From: an uncultured Elusimicrobia bacterium
Lineage (GTDB): Bacteria > Elusimicrobiota > Elusimicrobia > 2-01-FULL-59-12
Assembly: GCA_963702895.1 (NCBI GenBank)
Contig: OY969767.1
Coordinates: 2,400,001-2,464,000, forward strand
Reading direction: 5' to 3'
DNA: 64,000 nucleotides
Below, piece after piece: positions 38,474-48,571 of the stretch. Made by a program: the position numbers and the translations under genes. The stretch's first letter is position 1; each line of letters starts with the position of its first letter. The notes under the pieces are model-generated. The model ran no database searches. It was not told where the DNA came from and was given only the letters and a program-made list of their open reading frames with translations.

Positions 38474-39553
38474 GTGTCCATACCGCCATTAAAAATCCCT
38501 TCCTTTCCCTCCAGCGCTTCCCAGGCTCTCGAACAATCTCCTTTCATGAGGGCCTGTCGCAAGGAAACCGTGCCGTATACGCCCATTTGGCTCATGCGCC
38601 AAGCGGGGCGCTACATGAAGGAATACCGCACGCTCCGGGAAAAACATGGATTTGTCGAGCTCTGCAAGAATTCGGATCTGGCCTGCGAAGTCACCGTGTA
38701 CGCGGCAGAGCGTCTCAAGGTCGATGCGGCCATCATCTTTTCTGATCTGCTCCTGATTCTCGAGCCTATGGGGATTCAGCTGGAATATTCCAAGGGGGAG
38801 GGTCCTGTCATTGGAAATCCCATTCGCTCCTCCAGCGACATCGAACGGCTGCGCGCTTTTTCCGATCCTGCCTCGCTTTCTTTTGTTTTCGACGGCCTCC
38901 GTAAGACACGTCAAGCGCTTCCCTCTGAAATTCCTCTGATCGGGTTTGCAGGCGCACCGTTTACGCTGGCGTCCTACATGATCGAAGGCGGCGGCTCGGA
39001 TCATTATCTCCACACGAAAACGCTCATGCGCGGCTCCCCCCGGGACTGGAACGCTCTGATGGTGAAACTGTCCCAGTCTCTGGTCGGCTATCTCAATGGC
39101 CAAATCGCGGCGGGGACTCAATGCGTCCAGCTCTTTGACAGCTGGGTGGGGTGCCTGAGTCCCGCGGATTACAAAACCTACGTTCTCCCCCACGCCCAAT
39201 ACGTCATTCGCCACATCACTCCAGGGGTCCCCGTCATCCATTTCGGGACGGGTACAGCGGCGCTCTTAGAACTCATGAAAGAGGCAGGAGGAGACGTGAT
39301 CGGCCTGGACTGGCGTGTGGAACTGGGGGAGGCTTGGAACCGGCTGGGATCCGTCGCCGTCCAGGGAAATATGGATCCTGTTTTTCTCTTAAATGATGTG
39401 GCCGCGATCCGGCGAGAAGCCAAGCGCATCCTCGATCAGGCCGCCGGCCGTCCGGGCCACATCTTTAACCTTGGGCATGGCGTTGTGCCGCAAACGCCCG
39501 TCGATCACGCCAAGGCCCTCGTCGACGCGGTCCATGAAATGAGCCAGAGGTGA
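38474..39553 (+). CDS. hemE: Uroporphyrinogen decarboxylase
   Basis: PIWLMRQAGRY, IIFSDLL, IGFAGAPFTLASY, IFNLGHG. Confidence 0.97.
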   Translation: MSIPPLKIPSFPSSASQALEQSPFMRACRKETVPYTPIWLMRQAGRYMKEYRTLREKHGFVELCKNSDLACEVTVYAAERLKVDAAIIFSDLLLILEPMGIQLEYSKGEGPVIGNPIRSSSDIERLRAFSDPASLSFVFDGLRKTRQALPSEIPLIGFAGAPFTLASYMIEGGGSDHYLHTKTLMRGSPRDWNALMVKLSQSLVGYLNGQIAAGTQCVQLFDSWVGCLSPADYKTYVLPHAQYVIRHITPGVPVIHFGTGTAALLELMKEAGGDVIGLDWRVELGEAWNRLGSVAVQGNMDPVFLLNDVAAIRREAKRILDQAAGRPGHIFNLGHGVVPQTPVDHAKALVDAVHEMSQR

Positions 39554-39556
39554 TCC

Positions 39557-40696
39557 GTGCCGACGTATGACGCCGTTCTCTTTATCGGATTTGGCGGGCC
39601 CGAAAAACGGGAGGATATCCGCCCCTTTCTGGAGATCGTAACGAGAGGCCGCCCGATTCCTCCCGAGCGGATCGAGGAAGTCGCGCATCACTATGAGGCC
39701 ATCGGCGGCTCCTCTCCCATCAACGCCATCACCATAAGCCAAGCTGAAGGCCTGCGTAAGCTTCTGAACAGTCCCGAGTCCCGAGTCTCGAGTCTTGCGT
39801 CGAAAAGAGGAACGCGGGACAACATTCCCGTCTATGTCGGAAACCGGAACTGGCACCCCTTTATCGAAGATGCCCTCCGCCAGATGCAGTCGGGCGGCGT
39901 GAAGCGCGCCATCGGGTTTTACACCGCGGCACACCGCTCCGAAGCCAGTCTTGAACGATACCTGAATGCCGTGGAAAGCGCGAGAACGCGCATCGGGCCG
40001 GAAGCGCCGGTCGTGGATCTGGTCGGCCCCTGGTTCGACCATCCCCTCTTCATCGAGGCCATTACGCTCAGAGCGCAAGAGGCCCTACAGGCTGTTCCAG
40101 GCGAAGAACGTTCCTCTATCCCTTTGATCTTTACAGCCCACAGTATTCCTTGTGCCATGGCGAAGGATTCGACCTATGTTCTGGAGCTGCAAAAAACAGC
40201 GGAACTCATCGCTCACAAACTCGGGCGTAAAGAATGGAAGCTCGCCTACTCCAGCCGAAGCGGGAATCCCCGCGACCCGTGGCTCGAGCCGGACATTGGC
40301 GATGAGATCCGGACAAGAGCCCGACACGGCCAGAAGCAGCTTCTCATGATTCCGATCGGGTTCATCGCCGATCATGTGGAAATCCTTTTTGATCTGGATG
40401 TGGAAGCCCAACAAGTTGCTCGGGAGGTGGGGGTTACGATTTACCGCGCCAAAACCGTAGGCGATCACCCCGTCTTTTGCCGCATGATCGCGGACGTTGT
40501 GCAAAAGCGTGCCGCCCAGGAGGCGCTGCCCGAGATGATGTCTTCCCAGACCACGCGCGACCAAAGCGGCCAAATCTTCACGGCCCCCGGGCGCTCGTCC
40601 AAAGTCTGCTACTGCCAGCCCGTCTCGGCGAGCCCCCCTTGCCTGCAGACGCTGCCCACGGCGGGGTCGCCTGCGATGCACGCGCGCCGAAGTTAA
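39557..40696 (+). CDS. hemH: Ferrochelatase (probably coproporphyrin type)
   Basis: YEAIGGSSP, RNWHPFIED, FTAHSIP, WLEPD, GFIADHVEILFDLD. Confidence 0.93.
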   Translation: MPTYDAVLFIGFGGPEKREDIRPFLEIVTRGRPIPPERIEEVAHHYEAIGGSSPINAITISQAEGLRKLLNSPESRVSSLASKRGTRDNIPVYVGNRNWHPFIEDALRQMQSGGVKRAIGFYTAAHRSEASLERYLNAVESARTRIGPEAPVVDLVGPWFDHPLFIEAITLRAQEALQAVPGEERSSIPLIFTAHSIPCAMAKDSTYVLELQKTAELIAHKLGRKEWKLAYSSRSGNPRDPWLEPDIGDEIRTRARHGQKQLLMIPIGFIADHVEILFDLDVEAQQVAREVGVTIYRAKTVGDHPVFCRMIADVVQKRAAQEALPEMMSSQTTRDQSGQIFTAPGRSSKVCYCQPVSASPPCLQTLPTAGSPAMHARRS

Positions 40697-40711
40697 TTGA
40701 GGGTTGCCCAG

Positions 40712-42205
40712 ATGAAATCGACAGGAAAGAAAGTCACGGTTATTGGCGGAGGGATCACGGGCCTTGCCGCGGCTCTCCGGTTGACCCGGCGCGCCAAAGA
40801 AGAGGGCCGGGATCTCGAGGTCGAGCTTCTGGAAAGCTCTTCCCGTCTTGGGGGAAGCCTGCACTCCACCCGGCGTGATGGGTTTCTGCTGGAAGGTGGT
40901 CCCGACTGCTTCATTTCGAACAAAGCGCGGGGTGTGAAGCTCTGCGAAGAGCTTGGGCTTTTCGATCAATTGATCAATACGCGGCCCGAGTTTCGCCGCA
41001 GCTTTATCGTGAAAAATGGAAAGCTTCACCCGGTGCCGGAGGGTTTTTATCTTCTGGCCCCGGCCAAACTCCACCCTTTTCTCATGAGCCCGCTTCTTTC
41101 CTGGCCGGGGAAACTGCGGACGCTGCTGGAGCCCCTTGTGCCGGCCAAGCCTCAGGACGAGGAATCGCTCGCTTCTTTTGTCCGGCGCAGGCTCGGCCGT
41201 GAAGTGTTGGACTGGCTTGCGCAGCCGCTGGTGGCGGGGATCTACGCGGCCGACCCGGAAACGTTAAGCCTTCGGTCCACTTTTCCGCTCTTTATTGAAA
41301 TGGAAAAGAAATACGGAAGCATTTTGCTGGGACTCGCCAAGCGCGACAGCGCCGTTCAGAGCGCCAGCGGCGCGCGCTACAGCCTATTCGTCAGCTTCCG
41401 TAATGGAATGGAAACGTTCGTATCCAGGATTGCGGCGCTGCTCCCCCAAGAGTCGGTTCGACGGAACACGCCGGTCCAGCACATTCAGCGGAGCGAGCAA
41501 GGCTGGGACATTCATCTCAAAAATGGCGAGCGGTCCCACAGCGATGCGATTTGCTTGTGCACAGGCGCTCCTCAATCGGCGAGGCTCCTTGAGCTTCAGA
41601 ACCGCGCGCTCTCGGCGGAGCTCTCGAGCATCCCGTACACGCACTCCATGACGGTCAACCTGGCCTTTGATGCCGGCCTCATACGGCATCCCATGGACGG
41701 CGTCGGGTTTGTGACGCCGGAGCTCGAAGCGCATCGCCATTCCTTCGAAATGGAGGAAGAGACAGCCCCCCGTCGGGATGGCGGACGGCCGGCCATCGCC
41801 TGCACCTTTGTCCACCGGAAATTTGCCGGCCGCGCGCCGGAAGGGACCGCGCTTCTTCGCGCTTTTCTGGGCGGAGCGCATCAGGCCGATCTTCTTGCCA
41901 AGGACGACCAGGCACTCACGAACATTGTTCTTGATCAAGTGGGGCGGCTCTTGGGTATTTCCGGGCCTCCGAAGTTCACCTCGGTCGAGCGCTGGCCGGA
42001 CGCCATGCCGCAATACACGCTGGGACATCTTCCAAGAATGCTCAAGATCGAAGAAGCGGCGTTCGGTCTCCCCGGGCTGGCGCTCGCGGGAAACTGGCAA
42101 TACGGAGCGGGGGTACCGGACTGCATCGAAAGCGGCGAGCGCGCAGCGGATGCGCTCGTCGATCGTTTCTTAAGGCTTGAGCCGGCTGCCCACTCTCCGC
42201 GCTAG
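40712..42205 (+). CDS. hemY: HemY-type (copro/proto)porphyrinogen oxidase
   Basis: IGGGITGL, EGGPDCF, GIYAAD, AMPQY, GVPDCI. Confidence 0.93.
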   Translation: MKSTGKKVTVIGGGITGLAAALRLTRRAKEEGRDLEVELLESSSRLGGSLHSTRRDGFLLEGGPDCFISNKARGVKLCEELGLFDQLINTRPEFRRSFIVKNGKLHPVPEGFYLLAPAKLHPFLMSPLLSWPGKLRTLLEPLVPAKPQDEESLASFVRRRLGREVLDWLAQPLVAGIYAADPETLSLRSTFPLFIEMEKKYGSILLGLAKRDSAVQSASGARYSLFVSFRNGMETFVSRIAALLPQESVRRNTPVQHIQRSEQGWDIHLKNGERSHSDAICLCTGAPQSARLLELQNRALSAELSSIPYTHSMTVNLAFDAGLIRHPMDGVGFVTPELEAHRHSFEMEEETAPRRDGGRPAIACTFVHRKFAGRAPEGTALLRAFLGGAHQADLLAKDDQALTNIVLDQVGRLLGISGPPKFTSVERWPDAMPQYTLGHLPRMLKIEEAAFGLPGLALAGNWQYGAGVPDCIESGERAADALVDRFLRLEPAAHSPR

Positions 42206-42421
42206 GCCACTCCGTGCGGCGGGGAGGGAGGGTTGCTGACAAAAAAGATGTTTCTTCATCGCATCATGACTTGGTTTTTAAGGAGGAAGAATACCACCTA
42301 TGTTTTGGATGGGACTAAGCGGAAACCTCTGGGTCAAGGCTTCGCACTCGAGATAGCATGCCATTGGCTTCGACCCCATCGAGTTCCTCTGAAGCCTCCC
42401 AACAAGGCATAATATTGTCCG

Positions 42422-43762
42422 ATGCACCGCTATAAGACCCACCTGCATGAGACCGAGATGCCAACACGCTGGTACAACGTGGTGGCTGATCTTCCTTTCG
42501 CGCTGCCGCCGCCGCTCCATCCCGGGACCCGGCAGCCGCTCGACCCCAAAGAACTCGAAGCCATTTTCCCCAAGTCGTTGATCGAGCAGGAAGGCTCGCG
42601 CGAGCGCTGGATCGACATTCCCCAGGAAGTGCGCGATGTCCTGCGTCTGTGGCGGCCGACTCCCTTGCGGCGCGCCCATCGGCTCGAGCACGTTCTCAAG
42701 ACTTCATCCCGCATCTATTACAAGGATGAAAGCGTCTCACCCACGGGCAGCCACAAGACCAACACGGCTGTCGCGCAAGCTTTTTACAACAAGCAGGCCG
42801 GGATCAAGCGTCTCACCACGGAGACCGGCGCGGGTCAGTGGGGCTGCGCCCTCTCCTTTTCCTGCAACGTGTTCGGCCTCGCGTGCCGGGTTTACATGGT
42901 GAAAGTGACCTACAACCAGAAACCGATGCGCCAGTCGCTCATGCATCTCTGGGGCGGCGAGGTGATCGCTTCGCCTTCTGATCGGACGGAAGCCGGCCGA
43001 AAGATTCTGCAGGCCGATCCGCACTGTCCCGGCAGCCTCGGTATTGCCATCTCGGAGGCAGTGGAGGACGCCGCGGGCGACCCACAGGCCAACTACTCTT
43101 TAGGGAGCGTGCTCAATCATGTCCTTCTGCACCAGACTGTGATCGGCTTGGAGGCCAAGGAGCAATTGTCGCAGCTCGGTGAAACTCCGGATGCCGTGAT
43201 CGCCTGCGTTGGCGGCGGCAGCAACTTCGGCGGCATCGCCTTTCCCTTTGTCCCTGACAAGCTCACAAAGCACAAGGCCATGCGCATCATCGCCGTGGAA
43301 CCGACGTCCTGCCCGTCGCTCACACGCGGAAGCTACGCCTACGATTTCGGCGACACGGTGGGCCTTACGCCCCTTTTAAAAATGTTTACGCTCGGCCATA
43401 CCTTTATCCCCCCCAGCATTCATGCCGGCGGCTTGCGCTACCACGGGGCCTCGCCGATCGTGAGCGCCCTGGTCGATCAGAAGATTGTCGAGCCCATGGC
43501 CTACGAGCAGACCACCGTCTTTGAAGCCGCGGTTGCTTTTGCGCGCGCCGAAGGGATCGTGCCCGCACCGGAAACTTCCCATGCGGTCAAAGCCGCCATG
43601 GACCTGGCCACCCTGCCCGATCCGCCCAAGGTGATCCTTTTCAATCTAAGCGGTCACGGGTTCCTTGACCTGGCGTCTTATGACAAGTATTTGGCGGGTG
43701 AGCTCAAGGACTTCGCCGACCCCGCTCACGGGATCCAAAAAGCCCTCAAAGAACTGCCGTAA
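42422..43762 (+). CDS. trpB2: Type 2 tryptophan synthase beta chain (TrpB2)
   Basis: [50 protein letters not shown]. Confidence 0.94.
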   Translation: MHRYKTHLHETEMPTRWYNVVADLPFALPPPLHPGTRQPLDPKELEAIFPKSLIEQEGSRERWIDIPQEVRDVLRLWRPTPLRRAHRLEHVLKTSSRIYYKDESVSPTGSHKTNTAVAQAFYNKQAGIKRLTTETGAGQWGCALSFSCNVFGLACRVYMVKVTYNQKPMRQSLMHLWGGEVIASPSDRTEAGRKILQADPHCPGSLGIAISEAVEDAAGDPQANYSLGSVLNHVLLHQTVIGLEAKEQLSQLGETPDAVIACVGGGSNFGGIAFPFVPDKLTKHKAMRIIAVEPTSCPSLTRGSYAYDFGDTVGLTPLLKMFTLGHTFIPPSIHAGGLRYHGASPIVSALVDQKIVEPMAYEQTTVFEAAVAFARAEGIVPAPETSHAVKAAMDLATLPDPPKVILFNLSGHGFLDLASYDKYLAGELKDFADPAHGIQKALKELP

Positions 43763-43774
43763 CTGAATTTTCTT

Positions 43775-44188
43775 TTGTTCATGAAACTCTCTCGTCACTC
43801 CTGGACCTTCTTTTTTCTTCTCCTCTGCTGCATCGTGAATTTTGTATTCCTCTTGCCGAATGGTTGGAAGGCCGCGCAGGCTTTCCGTGACGCCTCTGGC
43901 CTTTCGAACCCCGAACGCCGAATTCTGCAAGGCGGGCATTGGCATCGCGTGGTCACGCAGGTCGCCAGCCAAATTCCTCTCGAAGCTTCGGTCCGATTGG
44001 TCTCTGCTGCACCACCCTGGTATCTCTCTTATTATTTATATCCGCGGCTTCTGAAAAATGGTTCACGGGTCCTGAGTGAACGGGACGAAGTCCGAAAGAG
44101 GTACCCTTCCGCCTGGGTCTTGGTCTACGTGCTCCCCCCTCACGCGGAATTGACGGCTTATCCCCCGCTCGTTCCAATCCATGAGTGA
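43775..44188 (+). CDS. Hypothetical membrane protein
   Basis: N-terminal TM, YYLYPR motif, overlaps the next gene. Confidence 0.6.
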   Translation: MFMKLSRHSWTFFFLLLCCIVNFVFLLPNGWKAAQAFRDASGLSNPERRILQGGHWHRVVTQVASQIPLEASVRLVSAAPPWYLSYYLYPRLLKNGSRVLSERDEVRKRYPSAWVLVYVLPPHAELTAYPPLVPIHE

Positions 44189-45560
44189 ACTTGTCGTGCT
44201 TCTGTATTTAGCGTATGTGACCCTCTTGGGTCTGGCCTGGATGCGCTTATTGAAGAAAACCATCGGGTGGGAAGACCTGGCTTGGGGTTTTGGTGTTGGA
44301 ACGATCGTTTGGGCATACGCGCAGTTCTTGCTCAATGTTTTCCATATTCAGACGCGCGGTGCCCTGTTTTATGTATGGCAGGCGGGGTTGGTGGCGGTGC
44401 CCCTTCTCTTCTATCGGAGGCCCCAAGCCAGCATCTCTGATTTGAATGGCCGTCAGATTTCGGACTTCAGACTTTGGAAGCCACATTATTGGCTTTGCAT
44501 TCCTGTCGCGATCGCTCTCCTCACCTCCCTGCTTCAGGCCCTCACCTTCCCCATGCATATGTGGGACAGCATCGTAATTTATGGGTATAAGGCTAAAATA
44601 CTGTTTTACAAAGAGACGTTTAGAACGGAAGCTTTTCTCGATCCTTCTGTTCTGCATATCAACGCCGATTATCCGTTGCTCATCCCCTATCTGGAAGCGG
44701 GCTTCTACCGATGGCTGGGACACCCGGATGACCGGGCGGTCCGGCTCTTGTTTGTTGGGCACTGGACCGCGTGGCTCGGGATGATCTATGCCGCACTCTC
44801 TCGGAGAATCCACAAAGAGTATGCTTTGGTCGTTTGCGGGGTTGTCGCGACGCTCCCTCTTTTTTCTAGTACGTTTATGGGGCAGGCTGCTTCTGGATTT
44901 GCCGACATCCCCTTCGGATTTTATTGGACGGGTTTTTTGCTTTGTCTCGTCAAGACGTCTGGAGTCCGAGGCTCAAAGTCGGGGAGCTTGGGTGAGCCTG
45001 CTATGACCGCCTTGTTCGCTTTGGGGTGTGTCTTTACCAAAAATGAAGGTATTCCAGCCGTCATCATCGGACTCGTTTTATGTGCTTTTTCATTACGTCC
45101 TCGTTTCCAGGACTTTGGACTTCGGACGGTATTACCCACGGCGCTTCTGCTTGTTCCCTGGATATGGACAAGGTATTTCCTGCCGCATAACTCCGTCCAT
45201 ACAGTGCGGCTTCTGGCGCTTCCTTGGGACGAGGCATGGCAGCGAATGTATATCACAGCCTATGCTTTGGGTCGTGAGCTGTTCCATGTGCGGAACTGGG
45301 GCCTCTACTGGATTTTGGTGGCGGCGGGATTGCTGTGGCCAGCGACAAAGCGGCCCTTTCCAAGGGAATCCAAAATGCTCTTCGCGGCCGCGGGGCTGCA
45401 GATGTGTGCCTATGTCTACGCGTACTTAACGTACTCGCAGGATTTTGACTTTGTTTTGCCCATCACGCTCCTTCGGCTGATGGTTCACCTCATTGGCCCC
45501 CTCACGCTGGCGATCGGCTGGCGCCTTGCCGATGATGACCGAGCGGGTGGACCGCGGTAG
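44181..45560 (+). CDS. Multi-pass membrane protein, GT-C glycosyltransferase-like
   Basis: WDS..IYGYKAK, DYPLL, GFADIP, TKNEG. Confidence 0.7.
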   Translation: MSELVVLLYLAYVTLLGLAWMRLLKKTIGWEDLAWGFGVGTIVWAYAQFLLNVFHIQTRGALFYVWQAGLVAVPLLFYRRPQASISDLNGRQISDFRLWKPHYWLCIPVAIALLTSLLQALTFPMHMWDSIVIYGYKAKILFYKETFRTEAFLDPSVLHINADYPLLIPYLEAGFYRWLGHPDDRAVRLLFVGHWTAWLGMIYAALSRRIHKEYALVVCGVVATLPLFSSTFMGQAASGFADIPFGFYWTGFLLCLVKTSGVRGSKSGSLGEPAMTALFALGCVFTKNEGIPAVIIGLVLCAFSLRPRFQDFGLRTVLPTALLLVPWIWTRYFLPHNSVHTVRLLALPWDEAWQRMYITAYALGRELFHVRNWGLYWILVAAGLLWPATKRPFPRESKMLFAAAGLQMCAYVYAYLTYSQDFDFVLPITLLRLMVHLIGPLTLAIGWRLADDDRAGGPR

Positions 45561-45623
45561 GGAAAAGCGAAGAGATCTCTTTGCGGTGGATTGTTGATTC
45601 CGAGCCTCGAGAGGTGCAACCGC

Positions 45624-45815
45624 TCAGCGGCGAACCAACAACCATCCCAATAACGCTCCGTAGAGCGTGCTGATATAGGGATTCGCGGTGATCGGGCAAA
45701 CACCGCTACGACATCCGACGATGCGATGATAAGCATAGCCGGCTAAAGCGCCGAGTCCAATTCCTAAAGTGATTCGCAGCACGGACGTTCTCCTTTCAGA
45801 AGATGCTTTTGACAA
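45624..45815 (-). CDS. Small membrane protein, DUF6132-like
   Basis: GYAYHRIVGCRSGVCPITANPYISTLYGALLG. Confidence 0.75.
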   Translation of the reverse strand: MSKASSERRTSVLRITLGIGLGALAGYAYHRIVGCRSGVCPITANPYISTLYGALLGWLLVRR

Positions 45816-46152
45816 AGGTGCTTGGATTTTGGGGCCTCCCTCGATCGCTCAAACCTCCGCCGCTTGAGGTTCGAAGGGTCGCTTTGGGGGAGCGCGTGTA
45901 AGACGATTGGGCGATCGGTAGCTGAGCGGAATGAGATGGCCCTCTTCGTCCGCAGCTTGGTCGCGCGCAGAATCATTCGTGTATTCATGGAATTCGGATT
46001 TCATTTGATCATAACAAGTCCAAAACCTGTAATTCCCAGAAAACAAAACGGCGGGTGCCGGGACCTCTGTCTTTCTCAAAGACCAGCAGGCTCCGAGGTC
46101 ACGAGCCCGTCAGCGGTTCGGGTTGTGACACCCAGATGGCTATAATCGGTTT

Positions 46153-47337
46153 ATGGTTCTTGAAGCAGGTGCGTTGAACGACAGCCAGAACGCTCAAAGT
46201 CTGGCCCCGATCAAGATTCTCCTGGTCACGGAGAGCTCTGGTTGGAGCGGCGGCGCGGCACAGACCCTCTTGCTCGCCCGCGGCCTGGCAGCACGAAAGC
46301 ATGGGGTCTGGATTGCCTGTCAGCGAGGAAGCGAGATTGCCCGTCGCGCGGAGTCTTTCGGCATACCGCTTTTGCTCACCAGGATCCGCGGTGATCTCGA
46401 TGTATTGGCCATCTGGGCCCTCCTTCGCTTCGTCCGGAAAAAAGGGATCCAGATTCTTCATGCCCAGCATCCCAAAGCTCACGGCGTGGGGCTCTTCGCC
46501 ACGGCGTTGGCTTCGCATTCCTGCTCGTTTCTCGTCACCCGCCGGGTTTCCTTCCCCGTTGGAGAACACCGCTTCAGTCGGTTGAAATACACCTCTTCTT
46601 ATGTGGATCGTTATCTCGCCGTCTCCGATGGGGTTAAACAGGTGTTGATTCAAGGGGGTCTTGAGCCCTCCCGCGTCCAAGTGGTCTATAGCGGCGTGGA
46701 AACGGAGGACTTCCGTCCCTCGTCGCCCCAGCAGGTGGAGTCTTTGCGCCACGCCTTGCAGTTGCATCCGAAGGTTCCAACGTTTATCAAAGTGGCCAAT
46801 TACTCCCAATGGAAAGGGCAAGAAGTGTTTCTCCGGGCGATCCAACGATACCTATCCTGGGGCCACCCCGGACAATTCATTTTTGCCGGCCGGGCAACAG
46901 ACGGACCTGAAATGACGGGCCTGGTCGATTCTTTGGGCATTCGATCCTCCGTGCGGCGGCTCGGGTTCCGAACGGATGTCGCGGATCTTCTGGCTGCCAG
47001 CGACGCGAGCGTCAATTCCGCCATTGCCGGCGAGGGTTTGTCGGGGGCACTGCGGGAATCTTTATTGCTCGGAATCCCCGTGGTGGCCAGCGACGTGGCC
47101 GGCAACCGGGAACTCGTGCAAGAAGGCGTCACGGGAAAACTCGTTCCCGTGGGGGACTCCGAATCTCTGGCGAAGGCGCTCGTCTGGATGATCCAGAACC
47201 GAGACGAGGCCCGGCGCCTGGCCGAGCAGGGCCGCCAGCGCGTTCTGACCGAGTTTTCAGCGGACCAAATGGTGCATAAAACCGAGCAAGCCTACCGTGA
47301 ACTCCTCACGCAAAAGGAGGGTTCCTCGAAGAGATGA
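46153..47337 (+). CDS. Glycosyltransferase family 4
   Basis: WSGGA, KGQ, GFRTDV, EGLSGALRESLLLGIPVVASDVAGNRE. Confidence 0.92.
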   Translation: MVLEAGALNDSQNAQSLAPIKILLVTESSGWSGGAAQTLLLARGLAARKHGVWIACQRGSEIARRAESFGIPLLLTRIRGDLDVLAIWALLRFVRKKGIQILHAQHPKAHGVGLFATALASHSCSFLVTRRVSFPVGEHRFSRLKYTSSYVDRYLAVSDGVKQVLIQGGLEPSRVQVVYSGVETEDFRPSSPQQVESLRHALQLHPKVPTFIKVANYSQWKGQEVFLRAIQRYLSWGHPGQFIFAGRATDGPEMTGLVDSLGIRSSVRRLGFRTDVADLLAASDASVNSAIAGEGLSGALRESLLLGIPVVASDVAGNRELVQEGVTGKLVPVGDSESLAKALVWMIQNRDEARRLAEQGRQRVLTEFSADQMVHKTEQAYRELLTQKEGSSKR

Positions 47338-48491
47338 TATCGGCTGAACGCCTCTCAAGAGTACGCAATGCGATTGCTCTGCTTCTCACACCTTCCGGAC
47401 CCGCAAAGAAGCTAACACCAGCGGAAGTGCGCCGCCACATGGAGTCAGGGACGATTCGCAAAATCCTGTTTATCCGGCCACAACAGGGCATCGGCGACAT
47501 GCTCTTGACCACGCCTCTTTTTCGCTCACTGAAGGAGAGCTATTCTTCTTTGCGCCTTGATCTGTTGGCAAGCCGACACAACGCCACCGCCATCCGGGGG
47601 AACTCTCGGCTCACGAAGGTGTGGGTTTGGGATAAGAAGGCCATGTGGAACCCTCTCTGGATCTTTCGCTTTTTGAGTGGTTTGCGAAAAGAACAATACG
47701 ATCTGGTGATCGCTGTCTATAGCCACTCTCCTTCTTTGACGAATCTCCTTCTGGCGAAATGTTTAGGCGTCAAGATCATCTGGTGTTTAGACAGCGCTGC
47801 TTTAACATTAGGACTGAATTGGAGCCAGCGCCTGGCTCAGGTGGAGGTCCAACCCGCACCTGCTTCCGAGCCCGAGTGGAACCGTTACGCGCAGTTGATC
47901 CGTCCTCTCGTTGATCACGTAGCACCGGAACCCGAGTTTTTCCCAAGTGCCGAGGACCATGCTTGGGCGGAAAGATGGTGGAGCGAAATCCACTGGAACT
48001 CTAAACTACCGAAGGTGGGACTATTTTTGGCAGGGAACCCGACACGTCCCGACCGATTATGGCCTGTCGTTTCGTGGGTGAAATTAGCAGAACGTTTCTT
48101 GCAGAATCAAAACGCAGAGCTGATCGCCATCAATCCTCCGCCAGGTCATCGGACGGGAACGGGCAAGGTGGAGACAGGCATGTATGCCCCGTTCTGCGCC
48201 GCGCTCGGCCGAGAGATCCCTCTGTACAAAGAACGAGGTCTCGGGACTGTCGCGGCACTCTTCCAACGCCTCCAGCTCTTCCTCTGCCCCGACGGCGGCA
48301 TTTTTCATGTTGCGGTCGCTTGCCGCGTCCCCACACTGGGGCTTTTTTTCCAGACCGATCCCAAGCGGTGGTGTCCTTCCGTCCCCTGGGCCAACGCCAT
48401 CAAAATACCCGCGGGCGAGGCAACAGAGGAGACCCTCATGACGGTTTATCAAAAGGTGGAACATCTGCTGCGCCATCAAGATCGTTGTTAA
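47334..48491 (+). CDS. Glycosyltransferase family 9 (heptosyltransferase-like)
   Basis: GIGDMLLTTP, RLWP, DGGIFHVAVA..VPTLGLF. Confidence 0.88.
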   Translation: MISAERLSRVRNAIALLLTPSGPAKKLTPAEVRRHMESGTIRKILFIRPQQGIGDMLLTTPLFRSLKESYSSLRLDLLASRHNATAIRGNSRLTKVWVWDKKAMWNPLWIFRFLSGLRKEQYDLVIAVYSHSPSLTNLLLAKCLGVKIIWCLDSAALTLGLNWSQRLAQVEVQPAPASEPEWNRYAQLIRPLVDHVAPEPEFFPSAEDHAWAERWWSEIHWNSKLPKVGLFLAGNPTRPDRLWPVVSWVKLAERFLQNQNAELIAINPPPGHRTGTGKVETGMYAPFCAALGREIPLYKERGLGTVAALFQRLQLFLCPDGGIFHVAVACRVPTLGLFFQTDPKRWCPSVPWANAIKIPAGEATEETLMTVYQKVEHLLRHQDRC

Positions 48492-48571
48492 GAGTCCTCC
48501 TCTGCGCTGGGGCAAGGCCACCCCGCATAGAAATTCAGATCTAAAAAAACTACATTCTGTCGCGTATAGCT

